This document shows positions 50,026 to 60,094 of a stretch of DNA of 64,000 bases, piece after piece. How positions within the stretch are numbered: the first letter of the stretch is position 1; each line of letters starts with the position of its first letter. A program made the position numbers and the translations under genes. The notes under the pieces were generated by a model. It was given only the letters and a program-made list of their open reading frames with translations, did not search any database and was not told where the DNA came from. This DNA is from Bacteroidales bacterium (GTDB taxonomy: Bacteria > Bacteroidota > Bacteroidia > Bacteroidales > B18-G4). Where the stretch lies: positions 7,022 to 71,021 of the forward strand of contig JAGYLD010000001.1 in the NCBI GenBank assembly GCA_018401355.1, read 5' to 3'.

Positions 50026-50436
50026 TCAAACATGCTCCTGGACATAATATGACAGGGTTCTTGATTCCAGATAATCTCTGAAATCAATGGCCATCTCCTT
50101 GATTTTGGTTTCAAAAATGCAAAGATCAAAAGGACATACAGGTTTTTCCAAAGGGCAATGGTGGGTACTTAACTTCCCTTCAATGGTTTCATATATTTGC
50201 AGCAAATTAATTTCTTCAGGATTAATTTTCAGGCGGAACCCTCCGGTAGGTCCCCGGCTGGAAGTCACAAAACCCTCTTTTACCAGCCTTTGAAAAACCT
50301 TCGCAACATGATGCCTTGAACTGTTGTTTATCTCTGCAATGTGTCCTACACTCACAGAGCCCTTATTCCTGGCAAGAATGATCATGCCATGAATGGCTAT
50401 TGAAGCAGCTTCAGTAAGACTTATGATCCGGGACAT
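50026..50436 (-). CDS. Rrf2 family transcriptional regulator
   Basis: SSRGPTGGF, INLLQIYETIEG and three-Cys motif CPLEKPVCPFDLC. Confidence 0.9.
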   Translation of the reverse strand: MSRIISLTEAASIAIHGMIILARNKGSVSVGHIAEINNSSRHHVAKVFQRLVKEGFVTSSRGPTGGFRLKINPEEINLLQIYETIEGKLSTHHCPLEKPVCPFDLCIFETKIKEMAIDFRDYLESRTLSYYVQEHV

Positions 50437-50571
50437 AATGGTAGTTTTAGTATTTAATTACCCAAATGTATAATCATTTTCAATAGTTTAGCCGTCGCAA
50501 CTTGACATAATCAACAAAAAACGATTATTTTTACTATATAAAAATAATAACAGTATAAAAATAATCATGCC

Positions 50572-51441
50572 ATGAAAAAGATCCTGGTACCAATTGACTT
50601 TTCCGACAACACATGGAGTGTTTGCCGTTATGCCGCGATGACAGCTGGCAAGGAACCTGTTGAAATCCATTTATTCCATTCGTATTTTGATCAGGTTATC
50701 GTCACTGATAGCAGCTTTCCCACTGGAATAGATACAGAATCGATGATTAATGAGCAATTGCTACAGGATATAAAACAAAGATCGGAAAGTGACATGCTTG
50801 GTTGCCAGAAAAGGCTTATTGATTATCTGAAGAAAACTGGCAACCCAAAATCAAAGGTCATTTATACTATAGAAGGTGGTGAACCTGAATATGAGATCCT
50901 GGAAACAGAAGAGGAATACCATCCTGACCTTATTGTTATGGGAACCAGGGGCACCGGTGCCAAAGGATTCCTTGAAGGGAGCGTTTCCAGGAAAATAATG
51001 AACAATGCCAAAGCACCGGTATTTGCCATACCTGAACTCAACAACTTACCTGACATCAACAGGATTGCCTATGTATCTGAAATCACAGAAGCAGACATTG
51101 CAGTCATTGAAAAAATGATGAATTTACTTGGCAGCTTCAATCCAACTATATTTTACCTGCACTTTCTTATTGGTAATGACAGGGAAGAAGCATTGGCCAA
51201 ATTAAGATCAATACAAAACCATTTTGCAGAAAAAGAGAGAGATGGTATCATTAATTACAACATTATTCCTGAAAACGACATCCATGAGGATATTGAGAAT
51301 TTCATCCGCAGCAAGGATATTTCTCTGATCGCATTTATCCCGCATAAAAAAGGATTCTTCAAGCGTTTGTTCTTTTCGGGTATCACCAAAAAAGATCTTC
51401 TGCAAACCAATATGCCATTAATGGCAATCCGGGAACAATAA
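50572..51441 (+). CDS. Universal stress protein (tandem UspA)
   Basis: KKILVPIDFS, DLIVMGTRG, EGSVS and PVFAIP. Confidence 0.92.
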   Translation: MKKILVPIDFSDNTWSVCRYAAMTAGKEPVEIHLFHSYFDQVIVTDSSFPTGIDTESMINEQLLQDIKQRSESDMLGCQKRLIDYLKKTGNPKSKVIYTIEGGEPEYEILETEEEYHPDLIVMGTRGTGAKGFLEGSVSRKIMNNAKAPVFAIPELNNLPDINRIAYVSEITEADIAVIEKMMNLLGSFNPTIFYLHFLIGNDREEALAKLRSIQNHFAEKERDGIINYNIIPENDIHEDIENFIRSKDISLIAFIPHKKGFFKRLFFSGITKKDLLQTNMPLMAIREQ

Positions 51442-51493
51442 ATAATTTTATCTTTGATCCTGTTTTAGAAAACCCACAGGACCAAGTTCAGAT

Positions 51494-53458
51494 ATGAAGC
51501 TTTCGGTTGTTATCGTTAATTACAACGTCAAGCATTTTCTCGACCAATGTTTGCTTTCGGTAAAGAAAGCCATGGAAGGGCTGGAAGCAGAAGTATTTGT
51601 CGTCGACAACAATTCTGTTGACGGTTCTGTAAAAATGGTTCGTGAAAAGTTTCCCGAAGTTCATCTTATAGCCAACAAGACCAATACAGGCTTTTCAAAA
51701 GCCAACAATCAAGCTATCCAGGCCTCCAGGGGAGAATATATACTCCTTCTTAACCCGGATACCGTCGTCGAAGATGACACATTTACAAAGATCATAGCTT
51801 TCATGGATGAGCATCCTGAGGCAGGAGGTTTGGGTGTTAAAATGATTGACGGAAAAGGAAACTTCCTGCCTGAATCAAAAAGGGGTTTGCCAACGCCGGA
51901 TGTTGCCTTTTACAAAATTTTTGGACTATCCAGTATCTTCCCGAAGTCAAAGATATTTGGCAAATACCACCTTGGTTACCTTGACAAGGATAAAACCCAT
52001 GAAGTTGAAGTCCTCTCAGGTGCATTTATGTTACTGCAACGAGAAGCTTTGAATAAAACCGGTTTGCTGGATGAAGAATTCTTCATGTATGGGGAAGACA
52101 TAGACCTTTCATACAGGATCACCCAGGCAGGATACAAGAATTATTACTTCCCGGAAACACGTATCATTCATTACAAAGGTGAAAGCACCAAGAAAAGCAG
52201 CATCAATTATGTCATGGTTTTTTACCGCGCCATGGCCATTTTTGCCAGAAAACATTTTTCCAGGAAACGGGCTAACTTATTTTCATTCCTGATCAATATG
52301 GCCATATATTTACGTGCCTCCTTGGCTATTCTTGCAAGGTTTTTTGAAAGGGCATTTCTTCCTGCAATGGATTTTCTTCTGATATTTAGCGGAATATTTT
52401 TTATTAAAATTTATTGGGAACAAAAAGTTATCTTTCCCGAGGGTGGCGAGTATCCTGTAGAATTTATTGCGATCGTTGTTCCTATCTATATATTTATCTG
52501 GCTTTTTTCGGTGTTTCTCAGCGGTGGTTATGACAAACCTGTAAGGCTTTTAAAAATCTTCCAGGGGATTGCCATCGGCACGATTATTATTTTGGTAATA
52601 TATGCATTGCTTAATGAATCACTGCGATTCTCAAGGGCGATTATTATTATTGGTGCCACATGGGGATTATTCTCAATGATCCTTTTGCGCCTGCTATTAC
52701 ATATTTTAAACTTCAAGCACATCAGAATAGGTACACAGAAAAACCGCCGTTTCCTGATCATTGGAGAAAAAGAAGAAGCAGAGCGTGTATCCTCCTTACT
52801 TGGAAAAACTGATATTCTACCGTCTTTTGTGGGCATGGTCCACCCAACCAGACGCATGAAGAATGATGGTTTCATTGGCAGCCTCGACCAGATTGAAGAC
52901 ATCATATTTATATACAAGATCAATGAATTGATTTTTTGTTCCCGTGATGTTTCGCATCAAAAGATCATTGACATCATGTCAGACCTGGGAGATACAAATG
53001 TTGAGTTTAAAATTGCACCGGAAGACAGTTTGTCCATCATCGGAAGCAACTCCATTAATACATCCGGGGATCTTTATACAATAGACATCAACGCTATTAC
53101 AAACAGATCAAACAAAAGAAACAAGCGGTTTCTGGATATAATGGTATCCTTAACATTATTGACATTATCACCAGTTGCCGTTTTCTTTATTAAGAATCCC
53201 CCGGGATTATACCGCAACATTTTCCTGGTACTCATCGGGAAATATTCCTGGGTAGGGTATAAACAACTTAACAACCCGGAGACATTAGCCCTTCCGCCAA
53301 TCAGATACGGGGTATTAAATCCTACAGATGCGTTCAGAAAAAAATCCATATCGGAAGAAACATCAAACTGGTTAAATCTAATTTATGCCAGGGATTATTT
53401 TTTCACAACCGACCTGAGCATCATCTTTAAAGCTTTCAGGAAACTCGGAAGACATTAG
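51494..53458 (+). CDS. Glycosyltransferase family 2 fused to a TM/Rossmann-like/degenerate sugar-transferase C-terminal region
   Basis: SVVIVNYN, VVDNNS.DGS, LLNPD and FFMYGEDIDL; then four TMs, FLIIG, KRFLD, SWVG and DLSII. Confidence 0.87.
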   Translation: MKLSVVIVNYNVKHFLDQCLLSVKKAMEGLEAEVFVVDNNSVDGSVKMVREKFPEVHLIANKTNTGFSKANNQAIQASRGEYILLLNPDTVVEDDTFTKIIAFMDEHPEAGGLGVKMIDGKGNFLPESKRGLPTPDVAFYKIFGLSSIFPKSKIFGKYHLGYLDKDKTHEVEVLSGAFMLLQREALNKTGLLDEEFFMYGEDIDLSYRITQAGYKNYYFPETRIIHYKGESTKKSSINYVMVFYRAMAIFARKHFSRKRANLFSFLINMAIYLRASLAILARFFERAFLPAMDFLLIFSGIFFIKIYWEQKVIFPEGGEYPVEFIAIVVPIYIFIWLFSVFLSGGYDKPVRLLKIFQGIAIGTIIILVIYALLNESLRFSRAIIIIGATWGLFSMILLRLLLHILNFKHIRIGTQKNRRFLIIGEKEEAERVSSLLGKTDILPSFVGMVHPTRRMKNDGFIGSLDQIEDIIFIYKINELIFCSRDVSHQKIIDIMSDLGDTNVEFKIAPEDSLSIIGSNSINTSGDLYTIDINAITNRSNKRNKRFLDIMVSLTLLTLSPVAVFFIKNPPGLYRNIFLVLIGKYSWVGYKQLNNPETLALPPIRYGVLNPTDAFRKKSISEETSNWLNLIYARDYFFTTDLSIIFKAFRKLGRH

Positions 53459-53558
53459 CTACTTCGTGTTTTATTCCTACTTTTGAACTTTGACGATAGG
53501 TTAGTGAACATATTTATCAAAAATTTGTATTATATTTCAAAGATAAAACATAGGATAT

Positions 53559-54845
53559 ATGGCCAGGTTTGAATTAATTATGCCCAAGATGGGCGAAAGC
53601 ATTATTGAAGCAACAATTACCAAATGGTTAAAGCAAGCCGGTGATACGGTTGAAGATGATGACCCAATTGTTGAAATCGCCACAGACAAGGTAGATTCAG
53701 AAATCCCATCTCCTGTGGAAGGTAAAATTACCGAGGTACTCTATAAGGAAGGAGATACAGTTGCTGTAGGAAAAGTCATTGCTTACATCCAAACTGAAGG
53801 GGAGGAATCGGGAGAAAGCGATGTGCCAGCTAAAGAGGAAGCCCCTCAGGAACAAAATCAGGATTTGCCAAAAACTGAATCAGAACCTGCCAAAAAGGAA
53901 GACTACAGTAAGTCGGAACGCTTTTATTCACCTCTAGTAAAAAATATTGCCAGAAAAGAAAATATTTCTTATGAAGAGCTTGAGTCAATAAAAGGGACCG
54001 GAAAAGATGGCAGGGTAACCAAACAGGATATCCTCGATTACCTTAGTGACAGGCCGGCAGCAGACAGGAAAGATTCTCCCACGGCAGCTCCTGCCCAAAA
54101 AGGCAGCATCGAACAACCGGAAGTATCTGCCGGAGAGGAAGATGAAATCATTGAAATGGACCGTATGCGAAAGCTCATTGCGGACCATATGGTGATGTCC
54201 AAACAGATTTCTCCTCATGTCACCTCTTTTATTGAAGCAGATGTTACTTCTATTGTCAACTGGAGAAATAAAGTTAAAGATTCATTCCTCGCCAGGGAAA
54301 AGCAAAAAATCACCTTTACGCCAATTTTTATTGAAGCTGCAGCCAGAGTTCTCAGGGAGTACCCAAGGATCAATGCCTCAGTTGACGGAACAAGCATAAT
54401 TCTCAGAAAGAACATCAATATAGGAATGGCAACAGCTTTGCCTAATGGAAACCTTATCGTACCTGTGATCCAAAAAGTAGATCAGAAAAACCTTCTGGGG
54501 ATCACAAAAGACGTTAACGACCTGGCAGCAAGGGCCAGGGATAATAAGTTAAATCCTGAGGAAATACAGGGTGGTACCTTTACAGTAACCAATTTTGGTT
54601 CATTCGACAGCATTACAGGCACCCCCATCATAAATCAACCGCAGGTTGCCATCCTTGGCATCGGTGCCATCAGAAAAAAACCTGTTGTCATTGAAACCCC
54701 ACAGGGTGATATGATAGGAATTCGACATATGATGATCCTGTCCCTGGCTTATGACCACAGGATTGTAGATGGTGCTCTTGGTGGTATGTACCTTAAGCGC
54801 CTTAAAGAAGTCATTGAGAATTTTGATGTAAATCAAACCATTTAA
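53559..54845 (+). CDS. 2-oxo-acid dehydrogenase E2 (dihydrolipoamide acyltransferase)
   Basis: Lipoyl domain PKMGES..TDKVD, E3-binding GTGKDGRVTK and catalytic DHRIVDG. Confidence 0.93.
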   Translation: MARFELIMPKMGESIIEATITKWLKQAGDTVEDDDPIVEIATDKVDSEIPSPVEGKITEVLYKEGDTVAVGKVIAYIQTEGEESGESDVPAKEEAPQEQNQDLPKTESEPAKKEDYSKSERFYSPLVKNIARKENISYEELESIKGTGKDGRVTKQDILDYLSDRPAADRKDSPTAAPAQKGSIEQPEVSAGEEDEIIEMDRMRKLIADHMVMSKQISPHVTSFIEADVTSIVNWRNKVKDSFLAREKQKITFTPIFIEAAARVLREYPRINASVDGTSIILRKNINIGMATALPNGNLIVPVIQKVDQKNLLGITKDVNDLAARARDNKLNPEEIQGGTFTVTNFGSFDSITGTPIINQPQVAILGIGAIRKKPVVIETPQGDMIGIRHMMILSLAYDHRIVDGALGGMYLKRLKEVIENFDVNQTI

Positions 54846-54880
54846 TTCACTAGTTCTTAACCTCAAAAAGCTATTAACCC

Positions 54881-55705
54881 ATGCAGTTGAACCTCACCCG
54901 CCCACTGGCCTTTCTCGACATTGAAAGTACAGGGGTTAAGGTCGCGTCAGACAGGATTATCGAAATTTGTATTCTTAAAGTCATGCCTGAAGGCGAAGAA
55001 ACAGTTAAAACCTACCTCATAAACCCGGGCATTCCCATACCGCCGGAATCAACCAAATTCCACGGCATTGTTGATGCAGACGTAAAGGACAAGCCTACCT
55101 TCAAAGACATCGCACACGAACTTTTTCAACTGCTGGGGAATGCAGACCTTGCAGGGTATAATTCCAATAAGTTTGATATTCCTATTCTCATTGAAGAGTT
55201 TCTTCGTGCAGAAATAAACTTTGATGTTAAAAACAGACACCTGGTCGACGTTCAAAACATCTTTCATAAAATGGAACCACGGACCCTCTTCGCAGCCTAT
55301 CGTTTTTACTGTAAGAAAGAGCTTGTTGATGCACACACCGCTGAGGCAGATACCAAAGCCACCTATGAAATCCTCAAAGCCCAGCTTGATATGTACGACG
55401 GAGTTGAATATGTTGACCAGGAAGGAAATAAATCCAAGCCTGTGGTAAATAGCGTCAAAGCCTTACATGATTTTTCAATACAATCTCACTTTGCAGACCT
55501 TGTCGGGCATATTGTATACAACGACAAAGGGACGGAAGTATTTAATTTTGGCAAGCACAAAAGTAAACCTGTTGAAGAAGTATTTCAGAAAGAACCGCAG
55601 TATTACGACTGGATGATGAAAGCAGAATTCCCATTATCCACCAAAAACGTGATTACAGCAATCAAATTGAGGGGATTCAACAAAGGATCCATCAATTTTC
55701 AATAA
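54881..55705 (+). CDS. DEDDh 3'-5' exonuclease (DNA polymerase III epsilon-like)
   Basis: DIESTG, GYNSNKFD, AHTAEADT and FNFGKHK. Confidence 0.9.
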   Translation: MQLNLTRPLAFLDIESTGVKVASDRIIEICILKVMPEGEETVKTYLINPGIPIPPESTKFHGIVDADVKDKPTFKDIAHELFQLLGNADLAGYNSNKFDIPILIEEFLRAEINFDVKNRHLVDVQNIFHKMEPRTLFAAYRFYCKKELVDAHTAEADTKATYEILKAQLDMYDGVEYVDQEGNKSKPVVNSVKALHDFSIQSHFADLVGHIVYNDKGTEVFNFGKHKSKPVEEVFQKEPQYYDWMMKAEFPLSTKNVITAIKLRGFNKGSINFQ

Positions 55706-55713
55706 TAATAAAT

Positions 55714-57330
55714 ATGGATTTAAACCGATTTTTCCCGACTGAAAACGAAATCCCGGCACAACATGCGCTGGATGGATTTATTGAACAACAGGAGTACCTA
55801 ATCAATGGCAAAATTTCGTCCTGGGATGGTCCATTTCAGGAAGTCCTCTCCCCAATTTGCGTGGAAGGGGATGACGGGAAAATTCGACAACAAGCACTTG
55901 GTCACTACCCTTTGCTTTCTGAAAAAGAAGCCATTCAAGCCCTTGAGGCAGCCACCGGTGCATACAACAATGGCATGGGAACCTGGCCTACCATGAATGT
56001 TCAGGACAGGATCCGTCATGTCGAAGATTTCACGCTTCGAATGCAGGAAAATCGAAAGGAAGTTGTTAAACTATTGATGTGGGAGATTGGGAAATCATAT
56101 CAGGATTCAACCAAGGAATTTGACAGGACCGTCGAATACATAAGAGATACCATTGATGCCTTGAAAACCCTCGATCGAAATTCAAGCCGGTTTCAAATCG
56201 AACAGGGAGTGATCGGACAGATACGTCGTGCCCCTTTGGGAGTAGTTTTATGTATGGGTCCCTATAATTATCCGCTGAACGAAACATTCACAACTCTTAT
56301 TCCAGCCCTGATCATGGGAAACACGGTGATCTTTAAACCACCCAAGTATGGTGTTCTACTTCACCGCCCATTGCTTCAGGCTTTCAGGGATTCTTTCCCG
56401 CCCGGGGTTGTGAATACGGTTTATGGTGACGGAAAGATCGTCATTGGACCTCTTATGAAATCAGGAAAAATTGATGTTCTTGCCTTTATTGGCTCAAGCC
56501 GCGTTGCCGACATACTAAAAAAACAACATCCAAGTCCGCACAGACTAAGAAGCATCCTGGGACTGGAAGCAAAAAATGCTGCCATTGTGCTGCCTGACAC
56601 AGATATTGAACTGGCTGTCAATGAGTGCTTACTTGGAGCACTTTCATACAATGGGCAACGATGTACCGCATTAAAGATACTTTTCCTGCATGAGGAAATA
56701 CAGGAGACCTTCCTGGAAAAATTCAATGCCAAACTGGAAAAGATTAAAACCGGAATGCCATGGGAAGATGGCGTGAAAATAACCCCGCTCCCTTCAACAG
56801 AAACTGTGGATTACATGAATGAACTCGTTGATGACGCCAGAAATTATGGGGCTGAAATATTAAACTCTGAAGGAGGAAAATCAATTATGACTTTTTTCTT
56901 TCCTGCTTTGGTCTATCCGGTGAATGATAAAATGAAATTATATCATGAAGAACAATTCGGGCCTATAGTTCCTGCACTATCATTCAAAAACCTCGAAGAA
57001 CCGCTTGAATATATACGTCAGTCGAATTACGGACAGCAGCTCAGCATCTTTGGAAGCAAGCCGGAAAGAATCGCCCGCCTGATTGATCCGTTGGTTAACC
57101 AGGTTTGCAGGGTGAACATCAACAGCCAATGTCAGCGAGGACCTGATACATTCCCATTTACAGGAAGAAAAGATTCCGCAGAAGGCACCTTGTCAGTATC
57201 CGATGCTTTGCGGGTATTCTCCATTCGAACATTGGTAGCAGCAAAATCCACAGATGCCAACAAAAGCATTATTTCAAGTATTGTGAAGGAGAGAGAATCC
57301 AATTTTCTATCAACAGATTTTATTTTTTAA
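55714..57330 (+). CDS. gapN: NADP-dependent non-phosphorylating glyceraldehyde-3-phosphate dehydrogenase (ALDH family)
   Basis: PYNYPLNE, FIGSS, GLEAKN, SYNGQRCTA, EEQFGP and QRGPDTFPF. Confidence 0.88.
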   Translation: MDLNRFFPTENEIPAQHALDGFIEQQEYLINGKISSWDGPFQEVLSPICVEGDDGKIRQQALGHYPLLSEKEAIQALEAATGAYNNGMGTWPTMNVQDRIRHVEDFTLRMQENRKEVVKLLMWEIGKSYQDSTKEFDRTVEYIRDTIDALKTLDRNSSRFQIEQGVIGQIRRAPLGVVLCMGPYNYPLNETFTTLIPALIMGNTVIFKPPKYGVLLHRPLLQAFRDSFPPGVVNTVYGDGKIVIGPLMKSGKIDVLAFIGSSRVADILKKQHPSPHRLRSILGLEAKNAAIVLPDTDIELAVNECLLGALSYNGQRCTALKILFLHEEIQETFLEKFNAKLEKIKTGMPWEDGVKITPLPSTETVDYMNELVDDARNYGAEILNSEGGKSIMTFFFPALVYPVNDKMKLYHEEQFGPIVPALSFKNLEEPLEYIRQSNYGQQLSIFGSKPERIARLIDPLVNQVCRVNINSQCQRGPDTFPFTGRKDSAEGTLSVSDALRVFSIRTLVAAKSTDANKSIISSIVKERESNFLSTDFIF

Positions 57331-57335
57331 CAGAG

Positions 57336-58001
57336 ATGAAAAAGTACTTATTTATCTCATTGCTTGTCCTGGCAGGAACACTCACCCTGGCTCAGGACAG
57401 CCTGTTTTTTGTGTTTCTGAATACCAATCCCGACCGTTATGTACTCAGTCAGGATTCAGTAAATAAATTGCAAGAAGGACATATAGCAAATATTGAAAAA
57501 TTACATGATGAAGGGAAGCTATTGGCTGCAGGCTCTTTGGATGGAGGGGGTGGTATTTTTATTCTCAAAGCGCAATCATTTGATAAAGTAAATGATTATA
57601 TAAAAACCGATCCTGCCATTCAGGCAAACAGGTTCATCCTTGAAAAGTTCCCTGCAAAAATAAAATATGGTGAACTATGCAAAGTAGCTGATGAATATAA
57701 TTTGGGTAGTTTTGCCTTCATTCGCCTCTCCCCTTTTCCTGTTGAAATTGACCTTGGCAAAACAAGCAAGGAAATAAATCAAGAACATTTGCATTATTGG
57801 AGAAATATTGATGACTCAACTAGCTTACTGCTTGAAATTGAATTCATCAACAACAATGGAGGCGTCATGTTCATAAACACCGGGGATGTTAAACATGCAG
57901 AAAACATTTTTCAGGATGACCCCTACATACTATTCAAAAAATACGCATATGAGATAAAGCCTTTGTGGATTGCTGAAGAAACTTTTTGTATTTCGCAGTA
58001 A
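57336..58001 (+). CDS. Exported protein with tandem YciI-like domains
   Basis: Signal peptide; GHIANI..GKLLAAG...GGIFI...DPAI and EHLHYW...GGVMF...DDPYI. Confidence 0.7.
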   Translation: MKKYLFISLLVLAGTLTLAQDSLFFVFLNTNPDRYVLSQDSVNKLQEGHIANIEKLHDEGKLLAAGSLDGGGGIFILKAQSFDKVNDYIKTDPAIQANRFILEKFPAKIKYGELCKVADEYNLGSFAFIRLSPFPVEIDLGKTSKEINQEHLHYWRNIDDSTSLLLEIEFINNNGGVMFINTGDVKHAENIFQDDPYILFKKYAYEIKPLWIAEETFCISQ

Positions 58002-58036
58002 AATTCATTATATTTATAGATTAAAAATCCATAGTT

Positions 58037-58651
58037 ATGAAAATCATATGCATTGGAAGAAATTATATAGATCATGCAAAGGAACTAAATAGTTCAATTC
58101 CGGAAGAACCTGTTTTCTTCCTGAAACCCGATTCCTCTCTGCTTATTCGAAACAGACCCTTTTATTATCCTGACTTTTCACAGGACGTTCATTATGAACT
58201 CGAGCTGGTGCTAAGAATCAGCCGTGTAGGAAAAAATATCAAAGAAGAGTATGCCAATTCCTACTTTGATGCCATCAACATAGGAATTGATTTTACAGCA
58301 CGTGACATTCAAAGAAAATGCATAAAAAACGGTTTACCATGGGAAGTAGCCAAAGCATTTGACAGATCTGCTGTTATTGGAGATGAGTTTATTCCAAGAG
58401 AAAGCTTCAGCAACCTTGATAAGATCAATTTCCACCTTGATATCAATGGTAAGACTGTTCAAGAAGGCAATTCTGGTAATATGATCTTCAATTTTGCCAA
58501 GCTCATCGTTCACATCTCACAATTCATGACATTGAAGATGGGTGATCTGATATACACCGGAACACCTGCGGGCGTTGGACCTGTTAATATCGGGGATCGA
58601 CTGGAGGGTTATTTGAATGGTGAAAAAATCATTGACTTTAAAGTAAAATAA
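58037..58651 (+). CDS. Fumarylacetoacetate hydrolase family protein
   Basis: ICIGRNY..HAKEL, FLKP, HYELEL, DFTARD and GDLIYTGTPAGVG. Confidence 0.93.
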   Translation: MKIICIGRNYIDHAKELNSSIPEEPVFFLKPDSSLLIRNRPFYYPDFSQDVHYELELVLRISRVGKNIKEEYANSYFDAINIGIDFTARDIQRKCIKNGLPWEVAKAFDRSAVIGDEFIPRESFSNLDKINFHLDINGKTVQEGNSGNMIFNFAKLIVHISQFMTLKMGDLIYTGTPAGVGPVNIGDRLEGYLNGEKIIDFKVK

Positions 58652-58677
58652 GAATTACTCTTTTTAGAAATATTTTC

Positions 58678-58971
58678 TTATTTAAAGACGATATTCTCAA
58701 TTACATCTTTTCCCATTTTTTTATTCAATGAACGGATGATCCTTGTCCGTGACATATTAAGTTCATTGCGTAAGGCTGGCGAATCAACAGATACGTATAA
58801 AGTTTTATACTTTACATAAAGATTTATAGTATGCTTATTTACCATTGGGCCGGCGACATCTTCCCAATTATGCATCAACGCCACCTCATCTAGCTTGTTT
58901 TCAAGCCTGAACCGTTTCAAGAATTCCCGGATGGCTTCCCCAATGGTTTGTTCATTTGATTTCCTCATCAT
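58678..58971 (-). CDS. dciA: DUF721 / DciA family protein
   Basis: W..VAG and LYVSVDSPALRNEL; translationally coupled to recF. Confidence 0.85.
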   Translation of the reverse strand: MMRKSNEQTIGEAIREFLKRFRLENKLDEVALMHNWEDVAGPMVNKHTINLYVKYKTLYVSVDSPALRNELNMSRTRIIRSLNKKMGKDVIENIVFK

Positions 58972-60092
58972 TATTCACTTCCATTAGGTATTTCATATGC
59001 TTTGCCATCAACAACTTCAAAAATCTTATGATCAATGTCAACCTTTTTAAACAACTTTTCAATCCTTTTTTTTTGGGTATCAGTGATAAAAACCTGACCA
59101 AAACTGTCCATACTTACCAGATCAATGATTTGCTCCACCCTTTGATCATCCAGTTTATCAAAAATATCATCAAACAACAGAATCGGTTTAAAACCCTTTA
59201 TATTTTTCGTGTATTCAAATTGTGCAAGCTTGACGGCAATGACAAAAGATTTTTGCTGACCCTGGGATCCAAATTTCTTTAATGGGAACTTATTAATAAG
59301 AAACTCCAGATCATCTTTATGTATTCCGCATGTTGTATACCTGACAGCCATATCCTTATCAACAGAGGCAGCAAGCAATTCTTCGAAGTCCCTGTCATGA
59401 AGCTGGGACTGGTATCTGATATCCACATCTTCCCTGCTTCCTGAAATAAACTTAAAATAATATTTAAAAACGGGAATAAAGGCCTCAAGGAATACTTCCC
59501 TTACCTTGAAAATCTGCTTTCCAAGTTCAGCAAGCTTAAGATCCCAGATTTCAAGTGAGTTCCTGTCAAAATAATTGTTTTCTGAAAAAATCTTTAATAA
59601 AGCATTTCGTTGCTGCAAGCTTTTATTGTAATTGATCAGGGATTCCAGGTATATTTTATCAAATTGAGAAATTACTGAATCAATATACTTTCTGCGCATT
59701 TCGCTTCCTTCATTGATCAAATCCCGGTCATAAGGTGAGATCATAACCAATGGAAACAAGCCTATATGATCAGCCAACCTGTCATAATCCTTTTTGTTAA
59801 GCCGGAACTGCTTTTTATGATTGAGCTTCTGTATACAACTGATCTTATCACTCCGATCAACATTTTTATTATATATACCGTGAATTGCAAAAAATGACTG
59901 ATCATGTCTGATATTCTGGGTGTCAACAGGGTTAAAATAACTTTTACAAAACGACAAATAATGGATCGCATCCAGGAGGTTTGTCTTCCCAACTCCATTG
60001 TTTCCAACGAAACAATTCACCTTGCTCGAAAACAGCAGCTCCCCTGCATCGTAGTTCTTAAAATTGCTGATGTTTAATTTATTTAAATACAT
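58971..60092 (-). CDS. recF: DNA replication/repair protein RecF
   Basis: NFKNY, GNNGVGKTNLLDAI, GSQGQQK and LLFDDIFDKLD. Confidence 0.96.
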   Translation of the reverse strand: MYLNKLNISNFKNYDAGELLFSSKVNCFVGNNGVGKTNLLDAIHYLSFCKSYFNPVDTQNIRHDQSFFAIHGIYNKNVDRSDKISCIQKLNHKKQFRLNKKDYDRLADHIGLFPLVMISPYDRDLINEGSEMRRKYIDSVISQFDKIYLESLINYNKSLQQRNALLKIFSENNYFDRNSLEIWDLKLAELGKQIFKVREVFLEAFIPVFKYYFKFISGSREDVDIRYQSQLHDRDFEELLAASVDKDMAVRYTTCGIHKDDLEFLINKFPLKKFGSQGQQKSFVIAVKLAQFEYTKNIKGFKPILLFDDIFDKLDDQRVEQIIDLVSMDSFGQVFITDTQKKRIEKLFKKVDIDHKIFEVVDGKAYEIPNGSE

Positions 60093-60094
60093 TT

